From assembly GCF_963921235.1 (NCBI RefSeq), contig NC_086100.1, positions 202,494,001-202,558,000 on the forward strand: 64,000 nt of DNA. Direction: 5' to 3'. Position 1 is the first letter of the stretch. Each line of letters begins with the position of its first letter. Of the stretch, positions 12,352-26,354 are shown piece by piece. The notes beneath the pieces are model-generated. The model was not told where the DNA came from. It did not search any database and saw nothing but the letters and a program-made list of their open reading frames with translations. This stretch comes from Mobula hypostoma (taxonomy: Eukaryota). A program made the position numbers and the translations under genes.

Positions 12352-12406
12352 ATGGAGAGATGCCTGGAACTGTGTCTGTCCCTGCTCCTCTGCGCACTCG
12401 CCACAG
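12352..12406 (+). CDS. LGALS3BP: Galectin-3-binding protein, coding exon 1 (signal peptide)
   Basis: Kozak-like ACCATGG. Encodes MERCLELCLSLLLCALAT-G, a hydrophobic signal peptide. Acceptor at 12332, donor CAG|GTAAGA, phase 1 matching the SRCR exon. Confidence 0.8.
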
Positions 12407-12422
12407 GTAAGACTCACCCTCT

Positions 12423-12475
12423 AACCAATTTCCCCTGGGATCAATAAAGTATGACTACTACTACTACTACTACTA
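12423..12475 (+). mobile_element. Extreme 3' end of a Rex1/Babar-type LINE with a (CTA)n tail
   Basis: AACCAATTTCCCCTGGGATCAATAAAGTATGACTA matches the terminus of the Rex1/Babar copy at ~44911-44945. Confidence 0.8.
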
Positions 12476-13117
12476 AACACTGCAGCGGGACCCTCTCCAC
12501 ACTCGCCATGTCCAGAAATGTTTAACAACAAAATCAAAATCAAAACCAGTCCAACTGTATGATATCCGAGACAAAGCAGAACGTTCTGGAAACACTCAGT
12601 GGGTCAATCAGCGCCAGTGGGAAGGGAAACGACCATGGGGGACGGGGAGTTCAGGCATCTGAACAACTCCATACCATATCCATTTGCCGGTTCTTCACAC
12701 GCCTTGTATCTTTTTACATCCTCTTCTGTGACTTCAATATCTACAAACGATTTGAATAAACGTTGGCTGCCTTTGCCTGCAAATGTTGAATTTATCTTGT
12801 TATCTGCTGTCGGGTGTAGAGTCATGGTTACACAAAATGGAAACAGGCCATTCGGCCCAACTCATCAATGCTGACCAGTGAGCATCTTTCCCATGCTCCA
12901 GCGTTTAGTGCCTGAGTGATTCCAGTATTCGCCCATTCAGTTCCTGTGCCCTCAGACATCCTCCTTCTATCACTCTCTCTGGCAGTGCATTCCAGGTACT
13001 CACCACTCTCCGGGTGAGAAAGGCCTTCCCAAGGCTCCCTCTCCTCTCACCCATACCCTCAGGTGCCCTCTTTGCCCCCACCCCCTCTTACTCTAGTCTA
13101 TGTGCTTTAGTTTACTC

Positions 13118-13956
13118 TGTCATGGTCCGGTCCATCAATCCTTATTCCGGGTTTTCCTGTTTTCCCTTGTTCCAGTGGGTGCCTTAATCGAGGCACCTGA
13201 TTCTTGTTTTGGGGCTGAGACATAAATACCTCTGCAAACCGAGGATTCCCTGCTGGACTGTCCTGTTCCCTCCCCATCTGAATCCCTGACAGTTTCCTCA
13301 GCGGTTTCCTTGGCAGTCACCTCAACAAGTATCCTCGGCAGTCATCCCGGCCCTGTGTTCAGGAAAGGGTCCCAGCCCTGCTTCCTAGAAAGAATCCTGT
13401 CCCTGTGTCCTAGGAGGATCTCAACCCTGCATCCTTGGAGAGTCCCTGCCCTGGAGTACCTTGCCCACCCCGGTGCTGGAGTTCCCTCCTCCTGTCCAGG
13501 AGTTCCCTCGCCTAGTCCAAGCCACGTCCAAGAACCTCGCCTAGTCCAAGCCACGTCCAAGTACCTCGCCTAGTCCAAGCCAAGGCTTTGTGTTCTTGTC
13601 CTGTCTATGTGCCTCGTCCTGTGCAGGAGTTCCATGTCCAGTCCTGTAGCCTAGCCACGTCCACTCCTATAGCCTCGTCTTGTCCTCGCCTAGATCTGGG
13701 GTCTGAGCCTGAGTCAAGACCCAGGTTCTGCGTCCCTGTCTAGTCTCTGGCTTGGAGTCCAAGCCCAGGATTCTAGTTCCAAGTTCTTTGTCCTGGTCCT
13801 AGTCCTAATCTTAGCCCAAGCCCAGTGTCCTTGTCTCATCTAGAGCCTGTGTTTCTTCCTGACTCTGCCTGCTTTCTTGATAAACCTTGTCCTGTTCCTA
13901 GTACTTCAGTGTCTGTGTCTTGCATCTGGGTCTGCTCCCAACGCCCCCTTCTGACA
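13118..13956 (+). mobile_element. Solo LTR (Gypsy-like)
   Basis: Termini TGTCA...TGACA. Perfect 5-bp TSD TACTC (13113-13117 and 13957-13961). Internal 29-bp tandem CCTCGCCTAGTCCAAGCCACGTCCAAG x3. 3' part resembles the LTR at 2451-2839 (TAAACCTTGTCC, TGCA(C/T)..GGGT). Confidence 0.88.
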
Positions 13957-14829
13957 TACTCACTGCTGATATGGGGAAAGGTACCCTGTAGTCTGCCCCT
14001 ATTTATAGACATAATTTATGTTCCCTCTTAACCTTCTGCACTGAAGGCAGTTCAGAGCCCATCCGTAAGACCATAAGTTGTTGGAGCAGAATTAGGCCAT
14101 TTGGCCCATGGAGCCTGCTCCGCCATTTCAACATGCTGATCCATTTCCTCCTCAGCCCCAATCTCCGGCCTTCTTCCTGTATCGCTTTGTGGCCTGACTG
14201 CTCAATAATCTATCAACCGCTGCCTTAAATATACCTACATTTGCTCCTCGTAGCTGAAGCATTTGATACCAGGCATGGTCCCCGTGAATCTCTGCTGCAT
14301 CCTCTCCAGAACTATCACACCCCTCTCATTGTGGTGACCAGGAATGTACAACGAGGTCTCAAAGATCTTATCAAACTGTAAATTCCCTGCTCTGATTTTT
14401 ACTGTCCCAACTAATGATGGAAAATATCTGTCTTCACCACCTCATTGATAATGCTTCCCATCTTCAGAGAACGTTAAACTGTAAACCAAGGGCCTCTGTT
14501 TGTCAGTAGTGCCTTTGCAATTAGCAGTCATGGTGTATGTCCTACCCTTATCTCACTGTTCATGTCACACCTCTCGATCAGAACATTCATCACCACGGCA
14601 ACAGAGAAGCATGCCTTGGAGAACCTTCAAATTGTCCGTATGGGTAGAGTTCACAAGTAGTAAAGAGCAATCATTGAGACAACAGGCTCCCCAACAGACC
14701 AGGGAGATTAAGAAGCAGAAGTGTAGGCATCTGCAACAATGTATTCTGAATTTGGCTGCTTTTTCCCTTTCTACTGCCTTGGCATGCTTACGTATGAAAC
14801 CATCTGTCTGGATAACGCACAGACAAAAG

Positions 14830-17135
14830 ACCGTAAGATGCAGGAGAAGAATTAAGCCACTTGGCCATTGAGTCTGCTCCACCATTTCATTATAGTTGAT
14901 CCATTTTCCCTCTCAGCCCCAATCTCCTGCCTTCTCCCCGTACCACCTCATGTTCTGATTAATCAAGAACCTATCAACCTTAAATAAATATAACATGGCT
15001 GCCACAGCCGCTTGTGGCAATAAATGCTGCAGATTCCCCACTCTCTGGCTAAAGAAAACCCTCCTCATATCCCTTCTAACAGGATGCACCTCTATTCTGA
15101 GGCTGTGTCCTCTGACCTTAGACCCCCCCACCATAGGAAACGTCCTCTCCACATCCACTCTACTGAGGCCTTTCAACATTCCATAGTTTCAATTAGGTCA
15201 CCCCACATTCTTCTAAATTCCAGTGAGTAGAGGCCCAGAACCATTAACTGTTCCTAATATGACAAGCCACTCAATCCTGGAATCATTTTCATGAACCTCC
15301 TTTGAACCCTCTCCTGTTTCAGCGCATCCTAAGATAAGGGCCCCAGAAATGCTCACAATATTGCAAGTCAGGCGTCACTGATGCTTTATAAAGTCTCAAC
15401 ATTAGACTTTAGACACTAGAATACTACAGCACAGTACAGGCCCTTCGGCCCTCGATGTTGTGCCGACCCATATATTCCTAAAAAAAAGTACTAAACCCAC
15501 ACTACCCTGTAACCCTCGATTGTTCTTTCATCCATGTGCCTGTCCTAGAGGCTCTTAAATACCCCTAATGTTTTAGCCTCCACCACCATCCCTGGCAAGT
15601 CATTCCAGGAACGCACAACCCTCTGCGTGTGTGTGTGTATATATATATATATAAAAAAAAACAACTTTGATGTCTCCCCTAAACTTCCCCTCCCCCCTTA
15701 ACTTTGTACATATGCCCTCTGGTGTTTGCTATTTGTGCCCTGGGAAACAGGTACCGGCTATGCACCGTATCTATGCCTCTCATAATCTTGTAGACCTCTA
15801 TCGAGTCCCCTCTCATCCTTCTACGCTCCAAAGAGAAAAGTCCCAGCTCTGCTAACCTTGCCTCAGAAGACTTGTTTTCCAATCCAGGCAACATCCTGGT
15901 AAATCTCCTCTGCACCCTCTCCATAGCTTCCACATCCTTCCTATAGTGAAGTGACCAGAACTGAACACAATACTCTACAGAGATTTGTAGAGTCGCAACA
16001 AGACCTCTCTACTCTTGAACTCAATCCCCCTATTAATGAAGCCTAGCATCCCATAGGCCTTCGTAACTATCCTATAACCTGTGTAGCGACCTTGAGGGAT
16101 GTATGGATTTGAACCCCAAGGTCCCTCTGTTCAGCCTTGCTTTTATATGGTAGTACTCTTGAAATGAATGCTAACATTGCATTTGCCTTCTTCACCAGAG
16201 ACTCATGTACAAATTAACCTTCAGGGAATCCTGCACAAGAACTCCCATGTCCCATTGCAGCTCAGATTTTTGAATTTTCTCTCCATTTCGAAAATAGACA
16301 ACCCTTATACTTCTTCTACCAAAGTACGTGACTATACACTTGCTGACACTGTATTCCATCTGCCAGTTCTTTTGCCTAGCTTCTTACAGTGGGAATATTA
16401 TACCAATTCCAGTTCCAAATTCCACAGCCCATCAGCCTATTCCTGCCAGGTACATCAGCTGTTGTCTACCCTTCTGAATTAGTTGCATCCTGATGAAGGG
16501 TCTTGGATGGAAATGTTGACTGTCCATTTTCCTCCGCAGATGCTCAGTTCCTCCAGCAGTTTTTATGTTGCCCCTGAGCTAGTCTCCTGCCTACAACCAG
16601 CCAGTGACTTGGAACATATAACAGCACAGCACAGGGACAGGACAGGCCTCTCAGTCCACAGTGTTGTGCTGAACCAGCTAAAAAGCAAATAAAAAAACCC
16701 CCAAAACTAATCCCCCTTATCTACACAAAGTCATATCCCGCCATCTTCCTCATTGCCATGTGCCTCTCCGAATGTTTCTCAAAAGCCTCTAATGTATTTG
16801 CCTCGAGCACCAGACCAGGCAGCACATTCCAGGCATCCACCACTCTGAGTTTAAAAACTTACCCCTCACATCCCCTTTGAACCTACCCCCTCTCACCTTC
16901 ATTGCATGCCCTCTGGTGTTAGACATTTCTACCCTGGGAAAGACATTCTTTCTGTCCACTTCTATCTGTGCCTTTCATAGTCTTATAAACCTCCATCAGA
17001 CACTCCAGACAAAACAACCCAAATTTGTCCAGCTTTTCATGATAGCACATGACACCTTAACCAGGCAAAATCCTGGAAAACCTCTTCAGCACCCTCTCAA
17101 GTCTCAACGTCCTTCCCAGAGAGTAGCAACCGGAA
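14830..17135 (-). mobile_element. Stack of nested CR1 3' fragments
   Basis: Minus-strand RT C-terminal peptides (ERVQRRFTRMLPG, RMRGD) and 3' UTRs. The 15403-16133 copy splits an older copy. Confidence 0.85.
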
Positions 17136-20100
17136 CATAAGAACACAGGAGCATGAGAAATCGGAGCAGGAGTAGGCAATCTGGCCCATCGAGTTGCTCT
17201 GCCATTCAATAAGATCATGGCTGATCTGGCCATGGACTCATCCCCACCTATCAACCTTTTCCCCATAACCCTTAATTCCCCAACTATGCAAGAATCTATC
17301 CAACTTTGTCTTAATTATACTTACTGAGGTAGCTTCCACTGCTTCATTGGGAAGAGAATTCCACAGATTCACCACTCTTTGGGAAAAGCAGTTCCTCCTC
17401 ATCTCCATACAAAATATACTTCCCAGAATCTTGAGGCTATGTCCTTTAGTTTTAGTCTCGCCTACCAGTGAAAACAACTTTCCTGCCTCTATCTTATCTG
17501 TCTTTTTCATAATTTTATATGTTTCTATAAGATTTCCTCTCATTCTTCTGAATTCCAGCCAGTACATTTATAGGTGACTCAATCTGTCCTCATAGTCTAA
17601 CTCCCTCAACTCTGGAATCAACCTGGTGAACCTCCTCTGCATCACCTCCGAAGCCAGTATACCTTTCCTCAAGTATGGAGACCAGAACTGCACACAGTAC
17701 TCCAGGTGTGGCCTCACCAGTGTACCCTGTACAGTTGGAGCATAACCTTCCTGCTCTTAAATTCAGTCACTCTGGCAATGAAGACCAACGTTTCATTTGC
17801 CCTCTTGATAGCATGTTGCACCTGCAAACCAACCTTTTGTGATTCATGCACAAGCACTTCCAAGTCCTTCTGCACAGCAGCATGTCGGAATCTCTTACTA
17901 TTTGAATAGTAATCTGACCTTTTATTTCTCCTTCCAAAGTGGATGACCTCACCTTTAGCAACATTCTACTCTATCTGCCAGACCCTTGCCCACTCATTTA
18001 ACCTATCTATATCTCTCTGCAGACTCTCTGTATCTTCTGCACAATTTGCTTTTCAACTCAATTTAACAACATCAGCAAATTGAGATACATTACACTTGGT
18101 CCCCTCTTCCAGTCATTAATGTACATCATGAACAGTTGTGGATCCAGCACCGACCCCTGTGGCACACCACTCACCACTGATTGTCAACCAGAGTAACACC
18201 CATGTACCCAACTCTTTGCTTTCTATTAGTTAACCAATCCTCTATCCATGCTAATACATCACCCCCAACTCTATGCATCCTTATCTTATGGATAAATCTT
18301 TTATGTGCACCGTATCGAACGCCTTCTGGAAATCCAAGTAAATAATGTCTATCTGTTCCCCTCTATCCACTGTGTTCATTATATCCTCAAAGAACTCCAG
18401 TAAGTTTGTCAAACAGGACCTATTTCTGCTGAATCCATGATGTGTCTGCCTGATGGATCCGTTTCTTTCCAGATGCCTCGCTATTTCTTCTATAATGATA
18501 GCTTTAAGCATTTTCCCAACAGTAGATGTTAAACTAACTGGTCTATAGTTACCTGCCTTTTGACTACCTTCTTTTCTGAACAGTGATGTGATGTTCACCT
18601 GCTTCCAATCTGTTGGGAACTGCTCAGAGTCCAGAGAATTTTGGTTGATTATCACCAAAGCCTCTACTATAACCTCTGCCATTTCTTTCGGATCCCTGGG
18701 ATGCATTCTTTCAGGACCTGGCAACTTGTCTATTTTCAGGCCTACAAGTTTGCTCAACACTACCTCTTTAGTGATAACCATTGTATTGAGGTCCTCACCT
18801 CCCATCACATCCATATCATCTCTCTTTGGCATGTTAGATGGGTCCTCCACTGTGAAGACCAACACAAGATAGTCATGCAAAGTCTCGACCATTTCCTCAT
18901 TACCAAATATCAATTCCCCCTTCACGTCCTCCAAGGGATCTACATTCACTTTAGCTACCTTTTTCTGCTTTATATTACAAAGATTTTTTACTATCTGTTT
19001 TTATAGTTTGTGCTAGTTTATTTTCAGAATTTATCTTCCCTTTCTTTATTCCTTACTTAGTGGTTCTTTGTTGCTTCATATGGTTTTTCCTGTCTTCCAG
19101 TTTCCCACTACTCTTGGCGACTTTGTACACACGAGCTTTTAGTTTGATGCCTTCCTTTATTTCCATAGTTATCCATGGCTGGCTCTCCCCGCCCTTACTG
19201 TCCTTGTTTTTAACTGGAATATACTTCTGTTAAACACTGTGAAAAATCTCTTTGAAAGTCTTCTACTGTTCCTCAACCTCCCACCATATAGCCCATGTTC
19301 CCAGTCTACCCTATCCAATTCCTTCCTCATCTCATTGTAGTTTCCATTGTTTATGCATAATACATTGATTTTAGATTGAACTATTGCACCCTCCATTTGC
19401 ATGAGAAATTATCATACTGATCACTCTTTACAAGAGGATCCCTAACTACAAGATTGCTAATTTTACCTGTCTCATTGCACAGGACCAGATCCAAGATAGC
19501 ACGTTTCCTTGAAGGTTCAGTAAATTGCTGTTCAAGAAGGCTATCATGGATGCATTGTATAAAGTCCTCCTCAAGACTTCCTCGACCAATTTGATTCACC
19601 CAATCTATGTGCAAGTCAAAGTCCTCCATGATAACTGCTGTTCCATTCTTACATGCCTCAGATATTTCTCACTTTATTACCTGTGTCACTGTAATGTTAT
19701 TATTATATAGACAACTCCCACCAGAGATTTTTTCCCTTTACTATTCCTAATCTCTACCCTGATGGATTCAACATTCTGCTCCTTGGATCTTGTTTCGTCT
19801 CTCACTATCGCCCTGATCTCATCCTTAATTAAGAGTGCTACCCCACCTCCCTTACCTTCCTGCCTATCCTTCCATATTACCTGATATCCTTGGATTTTAA
19901 TTCCCAATCCTCTCCACCCTGTAACCATGTTTCTGTAATGACTGCCACAAATTCACTGATCTTGTTTCTAATACTATGGACATTCAGATGAAGTGCTCTT
20001 ACACTCATTGTGCTTTTATAATCTAGTAATCTTTGTCTCTTACGCACTTGACTTTTCTTTACTCCACCCTTACTTTTCTCTTTTTAATTTTTGCTTTTTC

Positions 20101-20880
20101 TTTATCTTTATCCACACTTTTCTTTTTTACTTTATCCATACTTTTCCAATCTGTTGAACTCAACCCCCTACTATTTCATTTAAAGCCCTACCCACAGCTC
20201 TAGTTACGCAATTTGCCAGGATCCAGGTCCCATCACAATTCAGGTGGAGACCATCCCATTGGTGCAGTTCCCTCCTTCCCCAATACTGGTGCCAATTTCC
20301 CGTGAATTCAAACCCACTTCTCCCACACCAATCCTTGAGCCTTGTTTTTAACTCTCTAATATTCTTGACCCTCTGCCACTTTGCACGAGGCTCAGGCAGT
20401 AATCCAGAGATTACCACCGTTTTGCTTTTTTGTTTAGTCCCTAGCTGCTCCAATTCCCTGAGCAGAACTGCTTGTCTCATTCTACCCATGTCGTTGGTAC
20501 CCACATGGACCACGACAACTGGATCTTTCCCCTCCCACTGCAAATTCCTCTGCAGGTCGGATAGGATGTCTCGACCCCGGCACCAGGCAGGCAACATAGC
20601 CTTCAGGACACTCTATCCCTGTGACAGTGAACTCTGTCTATTCCCCTGACTAGACTATCCCCAATTACCACTATGTTTCTTTGCTATCCCCTCTCTTGAA
20701 TGGCTCCCTGAACTACGGTGCCACAGTTTGGTTGCTCATCCTTCCTACCGCCCCCACTCTCAGCCACACAGGGAGCAAGAATCTCAGACCTGTTGGACAA
20801 GCCCAAGGGTTGAGGCTCCTCCAGCACTGTCTCTTGGATCCCACTAATCACCCCACTCGCAGTCACATCCTCCTGCAATA
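17135..20880 (-). mobile_element. Near full-length CR1 LINE (ORF1 SGNH-esterase, ORF2 endonuclease and RT), decayed
   Basis: ORF1 VVVHVGTND...WDGLHLN (20160-20597). Endonuclease RQEGKGGGVALLIK. RT motifs 18281-18949. 3' UTR near 17150. Confidence 0.92.
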
Positions 20881-22420
20881 CTGTATGTAATACTCCAGAT
20901 GTGGCCAAACCAGAGTTCTATAACCATAAGAACACAAGACATATGAGCACATTTAGGCCATTTGGCCCATTGAGTCTGGTCTGCCATTCAATCACAGTTG
21001 ATACTTTTTTTTCACCAGCTCAGCCACATTTCCCAGCCTTCTCCCCATAACCTTGGGTGCTGTGTTCATTCAAGAACCTGTCAACTCTGCTTTGAATATA
21101 CCTAATGACCTGGCCTCCACAGCTGCTTGTGGTAATAAATTCCACAATTTGGATGCAGTAGGGTCTTTTAAGAGACCTCTGGATAGGTATATGGAGTTTA
21201 GAAAAATAGAGGGCTTTGGGTAATTCTAGTTAATTTCTAAAGTAAGTACATGTTCTGCACAGCATTGTTGGCTGAAGGGCCTATATTGTGCTATAGGTTT
21301 TCTATGTTTCTAAATTCATGACCCTCTGGCTAAATAAATTTCTCTTTTAAATGGACACCCCTCTATCCTGAGGCTGTGCCTTCTTGTCCTACCCTCTCCC
21401 ACCATGGGAAACATCCTTTTCACATCTACTCTGTCTAGGCCTTTCAACATTTGAAAGGTTTCAATTAGATCCACCCTCATCCTTCTGAATTCCAGTGAGT
21501 ACAGACCCAGAACTATCAAACATTCCTCATATGATAGCCCTTTCATTCCCAGAATCATCTTTGTGAACTTCTCTGTACCCTCTCCAATGCCAGCACATCT
21601 TTTCTTAAATAAGGAACCCAAAACTGTTCAAAATACTGAAGGTGAGGCCTTACCGTTGCCTTATAAACCCACAGCATCACATCCCTGTTCTTGTATTCTA
21701 GACCTCTTGAAATGAATGCTAACATGGCATTTCCTTCCTCACCACCGACTCGACCTGCATGTTGAGCATTAGTTGATCTGCACAAGGACCTCCAAGTTCC
21801 TTTGCATCTCAGATTTTTGGATTTTCTCCCCGCTTAGAAAATAAACTGCACATCTATTTCCACTACCAAAGTACATGTCCATGCATTTTCCAACATTGTA
21901 TTTAATTTGCCACTTTCTTGCCCATTCTCCTAACCTGACTAAGTCCTTCTGCAGCTGACCCAACACAACCCTTGCGGCACACCACTAGTCACTGGCAGCC
22001 AACCAGAAAAGGTTCCTTTTATTCCCACTCACTGCCTCTTACCCATCAGCCAATATACTAACCATGCCAGTAACTTTCTTGTAAAACCATGAGCTCTTAA
22101 CTTGGTAAGCAGCCTCATGTGTGGCACCTTATCAAAGGCCTTCTGAAAGTCCAAATGTACAACAGCCACTACATCCCCATTATCTATCTTACTTGTAATC
22201 TCCTCAAAGAATTCCAGCAGGTTTGTCAGGCAAGATTTTCCCTGAGGGAAACCATGCTGACTTTATACTAACTTGTCCTGTGTCACCAAGTACTCCATCA
22301 CTCCATCTTTAAACAATTGACTCCAACATCCTCCCAACCATTGGTGTCAGGCTAACTGGTCTATAATTTCCTTTATGCTACCTCCCTCCTTTCTTAAATA
22401 GTGGAGTGACATTTACAATT

Positions 22421-25323
22421 AGATTAGATTATAGATTAGATTATGAAGACACGCAGTCCTCTTTTATTGCCATTTAGTAATGCATGCATTAAGAAATGAT
22501 ACAATGTTTCTCCAGAATGATATCACAGAAACACGTCAAACCGACTGAAAAACTGATGAAAATAACATAATTATAACATATAGTTACAACAGTGCAAAGC
22601 AATGCCGTAATTTCATGAAGAACAGACCATGGGCGCAGTGAAAAAAAGTCTCTCGAAAGTCCCATCATCTCATGCAGACGGTAGAAGGAAGTAAAACTCT
22701 TCCTGCCATGAGCTTCCAGCGCCGCAAACTTGCTGATGCAGCACCCTGGAAGCACCCGACCACAGCCGACTCTTGAGTCCTTCCGAAAACTTCGAACCTC
22801 CGACCAGCCCCCCGACACCGAGCACCGTCTCTGCTGAGCGCTTTGACCCCAGCCCCGGGAACAGGCAATAGGCAAAGCCGAGGATTTGGGGCCTTCCCCT
22901 CCAGAGATTCTTGATCACACAGTAGCAGCGGCAGTGAAGCGGGCATTTCAGAATTTTCTCCAGATGTTCCTCTGTACTTCTCACGGCTGTCTCCATCAAA
23001 TCAGGATTGTGCGCAGCCCCTAGTTAACATATAGAACATAGAATAGTACAGCACAGTACAGGCCCTTCAGCCCACAATGTTCTGCCAACCCTCAAACCCT
23101 GCCTCCCATATAAGCCCCCACCTTAGATTCCTCCATATACCTGTCTAGTAGTCTCTTAAATTTCACTAGTGTATCTGCCTCCACCACTGACTCAGGCAGT
23201 GCATTTCACGCACCAACCACTCTCTGAGTAAAAAATCTTCCTCTAATATCCCCCTTGAACTTCCCACCCCTTACCTTAAAGCCATGTCCTCTTGTATTGA
23301 GCAGTGGTGCCCTGGGGAAGAGGTGCTGGCTATCCACTCTATCTATTCCTCTTATTATCTTGTACACCTCTATCATGTCTCCTCTCATCCTCCTTCTCTC
23401 CAAAGAGTAAAGCCCTAGCTCCCTTAATCTCTAATCATAATACATACTTTCTAAACCAAGCAGCATCCTGGTAAATCTCCTCTGTACCCTTTCCAATGCT
23501 TCCACATCCTTTCTATAGTGAGGCGACCAGAACTGGACACAGTACTCCAAGTGTGGCCTAACCAGAGTTTTATAGAGCTGCATCATTACATCGTGACTCT
23601 TAAACTCTATTCCTCGACTTATGAAAGCTAACGCCCCATAAGCTTTCTTAACTACCCTATCCACCTGTGAGGCAACTTTCAGGGATCTGTGGACATGTAC
23701 CCCAGATCCCTCTGCTCCTCCACACTACCAAGTATCCTGCCATTTACTTTGTACTCTGCCTTGGAGTTTGTCCTTCCAAAGTGTACCACCTCACATTTCT
23801 CCGGGTTGAACTCCATCTGCCACTTCTCAGCCCACTTCTGCATCCTATCAATGTCTCTCTGCAATCTTTGACAATCCTCCATACTATCTACAACACCACC
23901 AACCTTTGTGTCGTCTGCAAACCTGCCAACCCACCCTTCTACCCCCATATCCAGGTTGTTAATAAAAATCACAAAAAGTAGCGGTCCCAGAACAGATCCT
24001 TGTGGGACACCACTAGTCACAATCCTCCAATCTGAATGTACTCCCTCCACCACCACCCTCTGCCTTCTGCAGGCAAGCCAATTCTGAATCCACCTGGCCA
24101 AACTTCCCTGGATCCCATGCCTTCTAACTTTCTGAATAAGCCTACCGTGTGGAACCTTGTCAAATGCCTTATTAAAATCCATATAGATCACATCCACTGC
24201 ACTACCCTCATCTATATGCCTGGTCCCCTCCTCAAAGAACTCTATCAGGCTTGTTAGACATGATCTGCCCTTCACAAAGCCATGCTGGCTGTCCCTGATC
24301 AGACCATGATTCTCTAAATGCCCAGAGATCCTGTCTCTAAGAATCTTTTCCAACAGCTTTCCCACCACAGACGTAAGGCTCACTGGTCTATAAATTACCC
24401 GGACTATCCCTACTACCTTTTTTGAACAAGGGAACAACATTCGCCTCCCTCCAATCCTCTGGTACCATTCCCGTGGACAACGAGGACATAAAGATCCTAG
24501 CCAGAGGCTCAGCAATCTCTTCTTTCGCCTCGTGGAGCAGCCTGGGGAATATTCCATCAGGCCCCGGGGACTTATCTGTCCTAATGTATTTTAACAACTC
24601 CAACAGCACCTCTCCCTTAATATCAGCATGCTCTAGAACATCAACCTCACTCATATTGTCCTCACCATCATCAAGTTCCCTCTCATTGGTGAATACCGGA
24701 GAAGTATTCATTGAGGACCTCGCTCACTTCCACAGCTCCAGGCACATCTTCCCACCTTTATCTCTAATCGGTCCTACCTTCACTCCTGTCGTCCTTTTTT
24801 TCTTCACATAATTGAAGAATGCCTTGGGGTTTTCCTTTACCCTACTCGCCAAGGCCTTCTCATGTCCCCTTCTTGCTCTTCTCAGCCCCTTCTTAAGCTC
24901 CTTTCTTGCTTCCCTATATTCCTCAATAGACCCATCTGATCCTTGCTTCCTAAACCTCATGTATGCTGCCTTCTTCCACCTGACTAGATTTTCCACCTCA
25001 CTTGTCACCCATGGTTCCTTCACCCTACCATTCTTTATCTTCCTCACTGGGACAAATTTATCCCTTACAACCCGCAAGAGATCTCTAAACATTGACCACA
25101 TGTCCATAGTACATTTCCCTGCAAAAACATCATCCCAATTCACACCCGCAAGTTCTAGCCTTATAGCCTCATAATTTGTCCTTCCCCAATGAAAAATTTT
25201 CCTGTCCTCTCTGATCCTGTCCTTTTCCATGATAATACTAAAGGCCGGGGAGCGGTGTACGATATCGTTTTGGAGCAGCCGCGCATGCTGCGTCATGCTG
25301 CCATCTTCTCCTCCCCCTATTAT
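22421..25323 (-). mobile_element. Unclassified non-autonomous retroelement with (AATCT)n tail (22421-23030 plus 25259-25323), split by a CR1
   Basis: AGATTAGATT tail and TTTATT on the + strand. GC-rich body whose apparent 5' head resumes at 25259 after the CR1. Confidence 0.55.
23030..25258 (-). mobile_element. Relatively young CR1 ORF2 and 3' UTR
   Basis: Long ORFs 23679-24557 (RT) and 24724-25368 with intact motifs. Confidence 0.95.
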
Positions 25324-26354
25324 GTCAGAGCCCAATGAGTTTTGAAAGATTATTGCTATCCACCACAATATATACTCCTACCTCTTTCAGAACCCAAGGG
25401 TGCAATTCATCTGTTCCAGGTGACTTACGTACCCTTAGGTCTTTCAGTTTTTTAAGCATCTTCTTCCTTGTAATTGTAACTGCACCCTCTTCCCTCCTAC
25501 TCTTAACTCCTGGCACAATGATGGTGTCTTGCACAGTAAAGACTGATGCAAAATACTCATTTAGTTCATCTGCCATCTACTTGACCCATTATTATTTCTC
25601 CAGCCTCATTTACTAGCAGTCCTATATCCACTCTCGTCTCTCTTTTATTTTTTACATACTTGAAAAAGTTTTTACTATCCACTTTGATATTTTTTACTAA
25701 CTTGTTTTCATATTTCATATTTTCTCTCCTAATGGTTATTTTAGTTGTTCTCTGTAGGGTTATGAAAGCTTCCCAATGTTCTGTCCTCCCACTAATTTTT
25801 GCTTTGTTGCATGTCCTCTCTTTTGCTTTTACTTTAGCTTTGACTTTCCTTGACAGCCATGGGTGTACGATTTTGCCATATGAGAACTTTTTCATTTTTG
25901 GAATACACTTATTCTACACCTTCCTCATTTTTCCCAGAAACTCATGCATTTGCTGCTCTGCTGACATCCCTGCCAGCAGCTCCTAATTTACTTTGGCCAA
26001 CTCCTCTCTCATACCACTGTAATTTCCTTTCCTCCACTGAAATACTGCTGCATCAGACTTTACTTTCTCCCTATCAAATTTCAAGTTGAACGATCACATT
26101 GTGATCACTGGCTCCTGAGGGTTCTTTTACCTTAAGCTCCCTAATCGCCTCTGGTTCATTACATTACACCCAATCCAGTATAGCCGATCCCCTAGTGGGC
26201 TCAACAACAAACTGCTGTAAAAAGCTATCTCTTAGGTATTCAACAAACTCATTCTCTTGAGATCCATTCTCAACCTGATTTTCCCAATCAACCTGCATGT
26301 TAAAATCTCCCATGACTATCATAACATTGCCCTTTTGATGTTCCTCTTCTATTT

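Larger units (their letters stand above)
20920..26350 (-). mobile_element. Older CR1 (20920-22420 plus 25324-26350) hosting nested insertions
   Basis: CR1 ORF2 peptides continue on both sides of the 22421-25323 insert. Confidence 0.85.

Noticed and set aside
20160..20597. Stand-alone SGNH/GDSL esterase genes (also 27208-27796)
   Set aside because: These are the known esterase domain of CR1 ORF1, directly upstream of ORF2 and disrupted.
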